A DNA stretch of 64,000 bases from Oikopleura dioica (taxonomy: Eukaryota > Animalia > Chordata), in assembly GCA_907165135.1 (NCBI GenBank), contig OU015566.1, positions 1,178,001 to 1,242,000 on the forward strand. Direction: 5' to 3'. Positions 11,162 through 22,641 of the stretch are shown here, in pieces. Position numbers and translations under genes: made by a program. The stretch's first letter is position 1; the number at the start of each line of letters is the position of its first letter. The notes below the pieces were generated by a model. The model was not told the origin of the DNA and ran no database searches. It saw only the letters and a program-made list of their open reading frames with translations.

Positions 11162-13912
11162 ATGAAGCTTTCGCCGATTTTACTCGCTGCTGGTGCTTCA
11201 GGAGTGTTTTAAAAGATGGTTTGGTCGTTTAAAATAATTTTTTCGATAAGAATTTTCCTAAAAAATGAGCGTTCTCTATCGACCCCAGCCTTAATTTTCT
11301 AAATTTCATTTTAAGTATGACTTTTACTATAAATAACTTTTCCTCATTATCCCCAGCGGAGATACTTTTGAAGTCTTTATCCTATTCCTGATCGCATTTA
11401 ATTAAGGGAAAACAGAGAGGTCCCTGCTACTTATTCCGTGTTTTTAAAAACAACACAAGCAGCATGTTTCATTTTCTTGATAAAAACAAGAGAAACGCGA
11501 GTTCTAACCGTATTTATGGTTATAATGCCGCTTTCATTGTTCGTTTGAAGGAGCATCTTTTCGAGTTTATGGTCGTTCCAAGGTGGCTAAGAGACCAGAG
11601 ATTTTTTAATAATCGGATTCAATTTTAAAAACACATTCGATTAATAAATTGAATAAGGCACAAAGGAACAAAATCGTTTTGGCGTTGTCTTCGTAGAAAA
11701 AAAAATGTAATCGAAGAAAATTTGGATAAAGTTGAAAATTTGAGAGGAGGCTAGAATTATTGCTTAAGGGGGTAGAAACATTTTTCTCGATGTTGTACTC
11801 TAGCTACATAAAAGAAAACATCATTACATTTATTTAAATTTATTTACATTTACATATATTTGAATAAAATTTGTTTTCCTATTACGTGACTCGGAGTATT
11901 CGAGGCTGAAAATGTAAGAAAATCAAGAATTTCGTAGAGATGAGTTGCTTCTGAGCCCCATTTCTCAAAAATTTGATCATTAAAACAAAATTTCGAGGGA
12001 GATGTTCCTAGATCTAAGATGTTTCTATCTAAATATGAAGAGAAAAATAGAAAATCTAAGATTTTTTTGTCTGTAGCGCCAGTCGAAATGCGCTTATTTT
12101 CGAAAAAAGCTGTTTCTACCCCCTTAAATCCAAGACCCTTCAGATAAAATTTTTGGGGGACGGGCGGCTACGTTAAAAATTTGTAACGCTGTTACAATTT
12201 TGTAACGCCGTTACAAAAACTCAGATTTTTTACGCAATAAAAATTATTTTCCATCCCGTAATCATTTTTATTTTAGACAGAATAAGTATAACAATAAGCA
12301 GGTATACCAAAAAGTAGTTTACTTTAATTCAAGCGCGAAGCGCACACTCGTTCAATGATTTTGATTTTGAATTTTTGTAACGCCGTTACAATTTTTCTAC
12401 TTGTAACGTAGCCGCCCTACACCTAATTTTTTCTCTAGTTAAAAATTGAGAAGATAAAGTTCATAGAGTCACTTGTGTACGATTAAAATGGAATATCTTG
12501 CCAATATTTCCCCAAACACAGTCATAAACCATGAGTTCTTTATTCCACTTGTTTTTGGTATTTCGATTAATGTTGATGAAAACAATCAGGAGTCTTGCTC
12601 ATTTCTTTCTTTTTATTTTGTAAATAAAAAATGAACCAAATAATTTGTTTCCACTTTATTACGGAATTCAGCGTAATTACAATAGAAAAAAGCGCTAAAT
12701 GACCTAGAAAGCAGAAAACCTCTAAAAGAACTATTTTCTACGAAAAAAAAAACATTAAAAATCACGAGTCAAAGTTGACTTAATAAAAATGAAGGTGATG
12801 AAAAAGTAGAGTGAAAAGGTTAATTTATCTCAGCTCAATTTCGTCCTCGAAAGTTTTCAAATTTCAAGAGAAGTCGGAATTTTCGGAATTATCATTTGTC
12901 AAAAACACGCAAAAGCCGATTGCCCAGAAATCCTCAACGAAAATGGCTGGGACAACCCAACACCAGGGAAGCTCTCACCAAGCATGCGTTATCCACTTGG
13001 CCTGAGCTCCGAGCGAACTCAAACTGTCAAGTACCAAATTAAAAAGTACGGCCTTCACGAATCCGCTTATCTCGGCTTCTTGACCTTCAACGGCTACCAC
13101 TGCGGCGAGGATTTCATCAACAAGGCCCTTGTTGATGGCCGCATCAAATTGGACATTGTTGACACTCAATACGTTTACGCGTTCAATTCTACGACCAGTT
13201 ACGAGACGCTCAAGGAATCATCGCTGACTGGGCGATATGTCGATCGAAGAACTTACCAATTTGTGTACGTAATATTTCGATGATTATTTCACAAATAAAT
13301 TTTTAGCGCTCGACCTCGGCCAGATGATTTCTCTGGAAACAAGTGGGGAGTCGGGAACAACAAATGGGTCGACACTCTCAGTGTCACTTTCAACGGTCTT
13401 GACAAAGTCGAGTGGGGCGAGCGCAGCATGACCAATTGTCTTCAAAAAGTGAAGCTCGGATTCACGTCCGATGAAGACTTCACTGGACGAGCATACTACG
13501 ATGGCGAGGATTTCACCCCCTGCATCTTTCCTTCTGATAACGTTGTGACGACAACGACCCCACAAGGGCCAACGACGACGACGACTCCTCAAGGACCAAC
13601 GACGACTACTCCACAGGGACCAACGACGACAACGACTCCACAGGGGCCGACGACAACAACAACTCCAGGAAGCGGGCAGATAAGAACTCTATGTTTTGAA
13701 GCGATCCATGCTTTCCGGGGTCCTCCGGAAGTATCAAATTGCGTTCTTGAATTTGTTTTTTGAGCCCGTTGCAAGGTGAATTCACTCACAATGGCGATGG
13801 AACTGGTGGCAACGCTCCACAATACCGAGCTTATGTTGCAGTCAATGGCGAGGAGAACGTTGCTGCCATTGGGATAGTGTTACAATTTTCTCGAGAAAAG
13901 ATAAGAGAATAA
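11162..13912 (+). CDS. Secreted mucin-like protein (N-terminal globular region plus TTTTPQGP repeats)
   Basis: Signal exon MKLSPILLAAGAS joined (GA-AG 11202-12915, inferred) to ADCPEILNENGWDNP..; intron 13265-13306 (GT-AG); four to five TTTTPQGP units at ~13545-13668; intron 13669-13775 (GA-AG). C-terminus ambiguous. Confidence 0.65.
11768..12123. mobile_element. TTAA-flanked MITE family C (GGGGGTAGAAAC termini)
   Basis: TTAA|GGGGGTAGAAAC...GTTTCTACCCCC|TTAA; right part similar to 63752-64000 and 48921-49631. Confidence 0.8.
12162..12417. mobile_element. MITE with TIR GGGCGGCTACGTTA and TGTAACG subterminal repeats
   Basis: GGGCGGCTACGTTA / TAACGTAGCCGCCC inverted ends; internal TTGTAACGCCGTTACAA palindromes. 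Confidence 0.75.
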
Positions 13913-16028
13913 TGTCGTGGAAGCTAAAGGAATGCAAAAATTTGTTCAAGCATTATCGCGTGGTGAAAGCTGTTTTGACGTTGATCGTGATTGCTATTTT
14001 GATCGTTTTGGTTGTTGTTTTTGAAGTTCCTTTATGATCGGATTCAGAATTATTTTTAAAGCTAAATTAGAACCTTTTTCTAAGTGCCTTCGTTTTTTTT
14101 TATAAATATTTTGATATTTGATGATTCTGATATGATAACACAATCATGAATCTTTTCAATAGCCACACCAGCAGATGATGAATATGATTATGATGACGAT
14201 CGCATTTTTGATCGAAGGGTTGAGTCAAACGATTCCACACCAGCCGCATAGCCGAGTCGAGAGTCATCACAAAATACGATTTATTTTTAAAATTATTTCT
14301 TGCTTATTTACATATGTATCTCTTTTCAATATATTTTACTAATTTTTTATATGTGAGATTTCTGATTCAAAGCAAAGATCGGATATAAGACAGTATATCG
14401 GCGTTTTAGATGTCGATTCGTTCGGGTAAAGAATTCTCTCTCTAAACATGTAACACAAACAAAGACACGGCCCTCATGCTGCTGATGGCCAACTTCTTTC
14501 AAACGGCGGATATGTCGCGACCGGTATCTCCAGCGCAACAGAGGGCGGTCAAGTTGGAATCGGCTGGGTCGCTCGGGTCGATCCCTGCCCGAACCCAGAC
14601 AGTTACGAAAACACGCTGGGAACCATGCTCACTGGAGCTGGATCAAACTGCGCGACGAAATTCAAGTGGGCTTGGAAGCAGGCTAGCGGTGGAAAACATA
14701 CTCATATGGTCTCGGTCAAAGAAAGTCCCGATGGAACATATGTTCTTGCCGCTGGATTGAGAAAGTCGAGCAGTAATGGTAAGATTTTTTTTTTGTCTCT
14801 TTTTCTGTTCTTTCATAATCCTTGTTAAAAATAAGAGAAATAGGCAAGAGAGAATGAAGATCAGAAGAAGAAGATTCCTCGTCGAAATCATCTCACGATA
14901 ACTCTAGAATACAACGGCTACGTGGTAAAACTTGACGTCGAAACCGGAAACCTCATCTGGGACTTCGACTTCACTTCTGGCTCCGGCGTTCGATCGGGGT
15001 TCGAGACGATTCATTTCACATCTGACGGAGGCTTTATCGTTGGCGGCTTCTCTCATCGGGAATGGGAAGAGCATCCTTATTTCAAATCAGGAGGACAGGT
15101 TGACAATGGTCGCCCAGTTTTGCATAAATTCAGCGCTGAAATTGCGAATGCTGCTACTGTTTCTGATCCAATGCCGGAATGGACTTATAGATGTGGCGCT
15201 GTGGGAACGACCTGTGATCTTAACGATGGATCGATGAAAAATGCACGGGTGTATTTTGACGATGGGGTTGAAAAAATCGTTGCTCTTCCTGTCTGGCGAA
15301 CGATCTTCATCATTATCAATGCTCAGACTGGGGAAGAGCTGATCTACTCTGGCGATGCAATCAACTCCGGCTTCACAGATGATGGAATCGCGAATGATGT
15401 CGAAGTCGAATTCGACGATTCCGGCGCTGTGATGGGTTTCGTCACTACAGGCTTTCGAATAACAACTGTTTCAACTGATAACGGGATGCCGTGTTCTCAT
15501 GCAGAGGACGGAAAATGCGGCGTCTTCCATGGCTTCTTTGCGAAATACAGCAAGAGTCTTGACCAGCGACTTTGGAGAACCACTTTCAATACTGGCGATT
15601 GGCCCGGAGGAGCTGGGCAGTTCAAGGACCTCGAAGCAAGTGCTTACAAATCGTTGGTTTACACCGAGTGCTGGGGCATGACAAAAGTCACAGGTCCAAC
15701 TGGCCATGTCGGATACGCTGCAGCTTGCGGCTCGGGAATCGAAGGTTGCGACATTCACGGAGAAATTCCCTGCGAAAACGATCCAAGAACCACTTGGCGA
15801 GGAGCTGTTCCGAGAATTGACCGAGAGGGAAATCTCGTCTGGTACCGGCTTGATTCTTTCCGTGGCCTTTTTGACGATGGCGAGACGGTAACAGATGATG
15901 TTTCGGAATCTGCTTCGGAGTACATTTTCGAGGACAAATTCGGAAGGATCGTCTCAGTTACCGATGAAGGAATGGGCGGAGTTGGGTTTTTAACCTACGA
16001 ATGCGAAGATGGAATCACTTGTTTCTGA
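13912..16028 (+). CDS. Beta-propeller repeat protein, 3' module A; probable N-terminal type II membrane anchor
   Basis: Exons 14465-14778 (HGPHAADG..SPDGTYVLAAG) and 14908-16028 (GYVVKLDVETGNLIWD, TSDGGFIVGG, IDREGNLVWYR); introns 14426-14464 and 14779-14907 are GT-AG. Linkage to the upstream MSWKLKECK..AVLTLIVIAILIVLVVVF exon is inferred. Confidence 0.75.
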
Positions 16029-16172
16029 AAATTTCTCTGATTTCGCATTCTCTGATTTCTCATTAGGAATAATAAGCAATAAAAACTGAACAGTTTTGAA
16101 TGAGTGAAAACATGTCCAGTCTTGTCTCGAAAATTCATCGAAGAAGTATATTACTAATCAAAAAATATTTAG

Positions 16173-17506
16173 CTTACAATGGATACGTTGCGAAAATCAA
16201 CATCAACACTGGCGCTACGATCTGGGACTTCGACTACAAAACGAATTCTGGAACTCGATCTGGCTTCGAAACAGTCCACTTCACTTCGGATGGCGGTTTC
16301 ATCGTTGGAGGTTTCACACATCGAGTCGACGTTGAAATGCCTGGCTTCAAATCGGGCGGACAAGTCGACCAAGGACGACCTGTCATGCACAAGTTCAGCG
16401 CTCAAACCGCCAATTCTGCTTCGGTCTCGAATCCAACGCCAGTCTGGACCTACAGCTGCGCCTCTGGCTCCAACAGCTGTCAGCTTGACGACGGTTCGGT
16501 CAAGAACATGCGAGTCTACATGGACAATGGGGTCGAAAAAGTCGTTGGTCTTCCCACAAGCCGAACAGTCTTCATCAACTTGAACGCCAACAACGGTAAC
16601 GAGCTCATCTACTCCGGCGACGGAATCAACAGTGGACACATTGGCGACGGAACCGCCAATGACGTCGAGGTTGAATATGACGATGCTGGTAATGTGATTG
16701 GTTTCGTCACTACTGGCTTGAGAGTCACGAAGATCCAGAGCGACAATGGCGTCGGCTGCGGAGCTCAAGAAGACGGATGCTCGGTGATCAAGGAAAAGGG
16801 CACGATTTCTTATTTCAAACTAAATAAACTTGAATTAATGACTCTTAGTAGTTGAGCGAAGGCCACGTTTGAAAATTCTCACTTTGTTCATACTTGAGTG
16901 ATAATCGATTTGAGTCCTTCTTAGGGTGTTTTTACGAAGTACAACAAAGCACTTACTCAGCGAGTGTGGCGACAAGCGTTTAACACTGGAGAATGGCCAG
17001 GAGGAGCTGGACAGTATGATCTTTTCATTCATGCAGAACTTGTTCATTCTGTTTAGATTTTCTTCTGTCTCCGCGACTCCGTACAAGTCCCTTGTCTACA
17101 CAGAATGCTGGGGCTTGACAAAAGTGATGAACAACGGTGTCCATGTCGGCTATGCTGCAGCTTGTGGTTCTGGTGTCGAGCCTGGCTGCGATATCCACAC
17201 CGGGGCGATCAAAACTGCTTGCCAAAACGATGTCAGGAACGGGTTTTTGATACAAAAAGACAATTTTTTCTAAAAAAATATTGATAAAAAATACCCTAAA
17301 AAAGAAAAGCCTGGCGAGGGGCCGTCACTAGAATCGATCGCGCAGGAAACTTGGTCTGGTACCGACTGGATTCGTGGTTCTGGTCAGCAAATGAGAGAGG
17401 AGAATCAGCTTCGGAGTACATCTTCCAAGATGCCAGCGATAGAATCGTCTCTGTAACAGATGAAGGATTCGGTGGTTTTGGATTCCTGACTTATGATTCC
17501 TCATAA
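16173..17506 (+). CDS. Beta-propeller 3' module B (tandem paralog of 14908-16028, no own 5' exons)
   Basis: Starts at acceptor ttag|CT TAC AAT GGA, homologous to ctag|AA TAC AAC GGC in module A; collinear residues throughout; introns 16793-16924 (GA-AG), 17014-17056 (GT-AG) and ~17237-17310; ends GFGFLTYDSS*. Confidence 0.75.
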
Positions 17507-17572
17507 AGTCGTGTGTAACTGATAATAGAATGAATAAACTCAAGGTGTTGAAAAAGACTTTTATTGAATAAA

Positions 17573-17776
17573 TTAAAGATGCAATTGGAAAGAATGATCA
17601 GAATCGTGCTCGCTGAAACTCGTGAATTGTGACAAAGATGACATTCCGTTGATTAAATAGTCGATTCTTGCTCTGAGAAAAGGGTATTCAGCTAAAGACT
17701 GCGCGATTCTCTCGTTCAAAGAAAGAGTTTTTCTCGCTCCAAGGGCCAAAGAAACTAGTAAAAAAAGAAAACGCAT
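17573..17776 (-). CDS. Small secreted protein (67 aa)
   Basis: Clear signal peptide MRFLFLLVSLALG; single exon; AATAAA motif near the 3' end. Confidence 0.5.
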   Translation of the reverse strand: MRFLFLLVSLALGARKTLSLNERIAQSLAEYPFLRARIDYLINGMSSLSQFTSFSEHDSDHSFQLHL

Positions 17777-17894
17777 CTTTTCTTCTCTTCTTGAAAAATG
17801 AGCTCTTTTTATATATTTTTTGATTGAGTGCTAGTCTGCTGAGCGTCGTCTTGTCAGATAGACTACCGAGATTGTCTTATTAACGTCGATTAAA

Positions 17895-18942
17895 TGAAGG
17901 CCAGGATAGAATTTTTAATTAACAAATAGCTGAAAAGGTATTCTCTGACAGGAATACCTGGCTGAAATGGATTAAAAGGCCAGTTTTAATCACATTTACA
18001 AATCCGAGACTTCCCAAAATCCTTACTTTTAACAAATCCCATTTTGCCCTTCAGATTTCCGTTAATCCTTGAGCTGCTATTCCCTAAGAAGCGTTCGTTC
18101 AGAAAAGAGCTAGAAGGGCTCCTGTTTCTTTACGTAGCCCAAGGGGACAAGCAACAGATTAGGCCAAATTAATTCTACGCCGCTTCTTTTTTTCGCGTTC
18201 TTTTCCATTCTAGATCTCTTTCAAAAACACGCTTCTTCTCTTAGTCCACTTGAATTCACGAAAAATGAGCAGCCTGAAAGAAAGACTTTTAAAGCTCTTT
18301 GGCTGTTTTACGGCAAAAGAGAATGATGAACCAGAACCGATTAAAAGAGGAGAAATATCAGGTCAAAGGCTAGAGAATCAAAGTTCCGAAAATGAATTAT
18401 AGAATCGTGGTCGCATTGGAGAATAATCATCATCGACAAAAACGGAGAAAAGGAAGCTGATCCTAATCTGTACACTCGGCTCGGAAGGGTCAAAATCAAG
18501 TTCAAGCAAGAATGTTTCAGCGTTTCTACAATTCTAAACTCGATTTTCAACATAAACAATGTCTCAAAAGATAGAGAAATCAAAGCAAAGCTGATTTCTA
18601 TCCTTTTTTCATCTGGAAAGGGTCTTTTTTAGTTGGAAATAACTGGATAAAGCTTGAAAAAGACCTTCATAAGTGATGATAGAAACGAAAGAGTGCATTA
18701 TGCGATCGAATCCGAAAGTAATTTCCAATAGCGAGAGGATCGCTTTCATCAAAAATCCTCCGAAAATCAAGTGGCTGAAAGAAAATCGCGAGGAATTCGA
18801 CCTAGAGGAAGCTATTAACAATTTCTTCCAGGTAAAATCAATTCCCTCAAGGCTCCTGTGTAGCAACCTGAGCAGAAGGCTGAGTCAGGGCTCTAGCAGA
18901 AGTTCCTCTAAACTGAGAAGAAACCCTGACTCAGAATTCTAA
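17895..18942 (+). CDS. Hypothetical protein exons (one or two genes)
   Basis: Protein-like frames MSSLKERLLKLFGCFTAKENDEPEPIK and IKNPPKIKWLKENREEFDLEEAINNFFQ|gtaaa; model unresolved. Confidence 0.3.
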
Positions 18943-19100
18943 ACAGGTATCTGAGACCACCACATCCTTCTATCGCCCTAATTTATCTGATTTTAGAGAG
19001 AAGAAGACAATTTAGGTTCAACTGACGCTAGACTATTTCCTGACCAAGAAAACACTTTCTTCTTTCAAATTCTGTAATTTTAATTTGAATGAATAATAAA

Positions 19101-20661
19101 TTAGTTATTTTTGTACAAAGCGTTAAAATGGCGACCGAGAATGAGTTTTCGAACTTCCGTCGTTCCAGCGCCGATTTCTCCGATTTTGCAGTCTCGCATG
19201 ATTCGCTCAGAAGGATATGCGTTTGCTAAAGAAAAGAGGGTCAGCTAGAACAATATGACTATAATCTTACTGTAGCCATTGCCACCGAGGATTTGGATAG
19301 CTTCTAGGGCGACTTTTGTTGCTTGTTCGGCGCCGTACATTAGCTAAAAACGGGGTAAAAATGACTTGAAATGTTCAATTTTCGTTCTTCTAAGAGAGAA
19401 AATAAGCAACAGTTACTTACAACAGCAGCACAATCGTGATTTGTCAGCGTTCTTTGATCCCTATCAGCCGCCTTCAGTAGGGCATACAAGTATGCTCGAG
19501 TTGCGCTCAGCTGAGCGTACATTTCCGCCATTTTACTGAAGAAAACGCTTATCAACTAATAATTCGAGAAATCATTACCTCTGCATCATCTGAAACTCCC
19601 CAATCGGCACTCCAAATTGCTTCCTCTCATGCGCGTAAGGAAACGCGCAATCGCAAGCAGCTTGCATGTATCCGACCGCTCCAGCAGCTCCAGTCAGTCG
19701 CTCGACATTCAAGCCCTTCATCAGTACCGCTGCTCCTCGTCCTTCAGCGCCCAGGACGGAAGAAGCGGGGATTTTGACATTGTCGAAATGGAGCTCTCCC
19801 GTGTAGCTGCCTCTGACGCCCATTTTGCCAGGAATCGCAGTCGCTGTGAAGCCTTCCAAGTCGCGGACGTCGATCGCAAAGGCGGTGATACTCTTGCTGC
19901 CTTTGGAACTTGGATCTGTTCGAGCGTAGAGGACGAGTGTGTCGCAAATAGGACCGTTTGTGATCCAGAATTTCGTGCCGTTCACGATGTAGTAGTCTGT
20001 TCCTGGCTGTTTAACCGCTTGGCATCGCATGGACATCACATCGGAGCCAGATCCGGGCTCAGACATGGCCAGGGCACCTTAATTTATGTGTTGACTGGTG
20101 GGGAAATCTTCAGGTCATAAGACTTACCAATAGTCTGACCAGAAACCAATCCAGGCAAAAACTTGGCTTTCTGCTCCGGAGAACCGTTTTTTTCGATGAC
20201 ATAGGAGGAGAGACATGTGTGCGCAAAGATTCCCATGTAGACGCCGCCCGATATGCGCGACAACTCCTCGAGCATAAGGGATGTTTCGAAAAGACCCATT
20301 CCAGTTCCGCCGAATTCTTCCGCAGAAAGGGTTCCCAAGACGCCTTGCTCGCCGCATTTTCGCCAGAATTCGCGGTACTCGGGGAAGGAATCCGTTTCAT
20401 CGATTTCACGACATCTTAAAAAGTCATTTTTAAAGGCAATAGAAATAATACAGTAAGAAAAGCCGGGCTCTTTCCAGATTCCAAAAAAACGACGAACCTT
20501 TGTTGGGTAAGTTCGCTTTCGAAGAAGTTCCGAAAATTCTCCCGAATCGCCGACTGCTCTTCCGAAACTCCGAAAAGATGATCTTCAATCGGCACAATTG
20601 ACAAATTTCTCTTGACAATTGTTTTTTGCTGCGCTAGAATTCTTCGAAATCCAAGCTTCAT
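19101..20661 (-). CDS. IVD: Isovaleryl-CoA dehydrogenase-like mitochondrial acyl-CoA dehydrogenase
   Basis: Mitochondrial-type leader; [31 protein letters not shown] (IVD-type catalytic Glu position), [37 protein letters not shown]; multiple GT-AG introns. Confidence 0.88.
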
Positions 20662-21183
20662 TTTTCTTTTTCAATTTCTCTTACAAACGAATCTGATTTT
20701 AGGAACACGCCCCAGGCATCGAAAAGAGGGAAAATATTTGATTTGAAAAAATAAAGTGAACTTTGGTCGTGCAAGAGCATTTTTTTGAGAAATGAGGAGG
20801 GCGTGGGAAACGCAAAGGAGGTCCTCACTGTGCTGGAAGTTTGGAAATACGCAGGAAGAATGGGAAAGCGCACCGCCAATCAGCGCGCGATGAGATTTGA
20901 ATTGCGAAAAAGGCTTTCGATTATTGCCGATTTCTGCGGCTATTTTATGGAGGCGAAGATTTTTGATTCTTTCATTTTTCTTCGTGGAAGATGTAGATTC
21001 TATTCTTTTTGTTCTATAAAAAGTAAATATATAATGACTGTTTATCGTCACTTTTTATTTGAGTTTAACTTTCAATAAGGATTTCTGAGTGAAATCCTGA
21101 CCCCCCTTTTTTATTAGCTCATTTGAAAGAGTGTAAAAAGTTACTCAAAAAGTTGATTTTTTTTGTCGAAGATGACGTCACAG

Positions 21184-21497
21184 CACGTGATCGAAGTTCC
21201 GAAGTACCGGATTTCTCCTACGCCCGCATTTTAAAGTCCTCTTAGCTCCCCGAGCGTGTGATAGCTGAAAATGATCGTCTCCTCGAGCTCTAGGTCAGCA
21301 TCTACTTTTCAACCCTTTTTTTCGAAATTGAAATTTGAAAAAAAGGATGAAAGGGAATGAAAAGGGTTGAAAAGTAGATGCTGACCTAGAGCTCGAGGAG
21401 ACGATCATTTTCATGTATTGCATGCCCCTCTAGCTCAGAGCATGTGAAAATGCGGGCGTAGGAGCAATTCAGTACTTTTGGGACTTCAATCACGTGC
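21184..21497. mobile_element. Fold-back (inverted repeat) element
   Basis: A ~50-bp perfect inner arm pair (TGAAAATGATCGTCTCCTCGAGCTCTAGGTCAGCATCTACTTTTCAACCC and its complement) plus degenerate outer arms CACGTGAT.. / ..ATCACGTG. Confidence 0.75.
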
Positions 21498-21811
21498 GGT
21501 TAAGTTAATAACTCCCATTCCACTTATCTACCAAACTTCTGAAATCAAAGGCGCGTCATCGCCCCTTTTAAAGAGGCAAAAAATATTTGAATATTATGAC
21601 GATACTGTATCGTCGATACAGCTATACAAGCAGAATAATTAACGAGTTGCTAAAAGTGCTCGCCTCTCTTGTCTAAACTGGATTAGAAAGGGCACTTAGC
21701 CAAGTACTCCACGAACAAGAAATGATAGATCGATCACCGCCCATTAGTAGTCCACATACAAATCAAACATATTAACACGGCAATTAGCATTTTAAGGCGG
21801 CCAGCTTTGAA

Positions 21812-22423
21812 TTAGACCCAATTTTTCGGCCAAAAAGGGTCGAAATCAAGGATGAATTCTAGAGCAGCCGCTCTTCTATGATTTTCTTCGGGATTTATTG
21901 GAGTGACACCCTCATTCTTCCAAAAGAAAAACAGTAGATAAAATGAATATTTATTGATTTGAGAAGTTACTGTCTACTTTTCGATGGGGGTAAAAAGCTG
22001 ACTTCGTAAAAAAGCAGCTTGAAAATCGCAGAGCAAAAGAGCAGTTCTCCAGCCAGTGTCGCGAAATCGATCTCCTTGAGTTGCACGAATGCAGTTTTGC
22101 TCGTATTTCTGGTATACCATTTTCATAATCGATGTCCGGCCGCAGCTCATCCGGGCACCCCATGCTCAAATTATGAATTCGGATAAATGATCCATTTTCG
22201 GTAATTTTCGCGAACTCGTAACTCCTCATTGATTTTTTTCGTTGGCAGAGCTGATTATATATTTCTAATTGGATCATTTTCAAAAAGGTGTAATTGAGGA
22301 CTTCCTTATCGGATCCTCCGGGAGGTGCGTTTTTCGTTGCGATTAGGGAAGCCACTGCCTCGATTTTTTGTGCTCTGGATCTGCTTATCGCGATCACCTG
22401 TTACTCGGCTATCGGGCACTTGC
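21812..22423 (-). CDS. Orphan protein (~185 aa)
   Basis: ORF 21951..22397 splices in frame (RK|gtagac..gaag|NEGVTPINPEENHRRAAALEFILDFDPFG..C*); no domain recognised. Confidence 0.45.
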
Positions 22424-22641
22424 CATAACTGCCATTTTTACACATTTATGAGGCAGGACAATATTTTCAATATTTAGCCGCTGACTTTATAAGGAAAGTT
22501 GATTTTTCTTTTGAAAAACAATGGAATTCAATATTTGCATACGACTTCTAAGCGATTATACTAGCCATTGTAAATTACTTCTCTCTTGCTTCTTTTCCAA
22601 GTTTAAAGCGGATTTTCTTATAATCTGCAAAGAGAGGCATA

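Noticed and set aside
13545-13668. Regularly spaced direct repeats that might suggest a CRISPR array
   Set aside because: They are in-frame coding TTTTPQGP repeats with no unique spacers; the context is eukaryotic and there are no cas genes.
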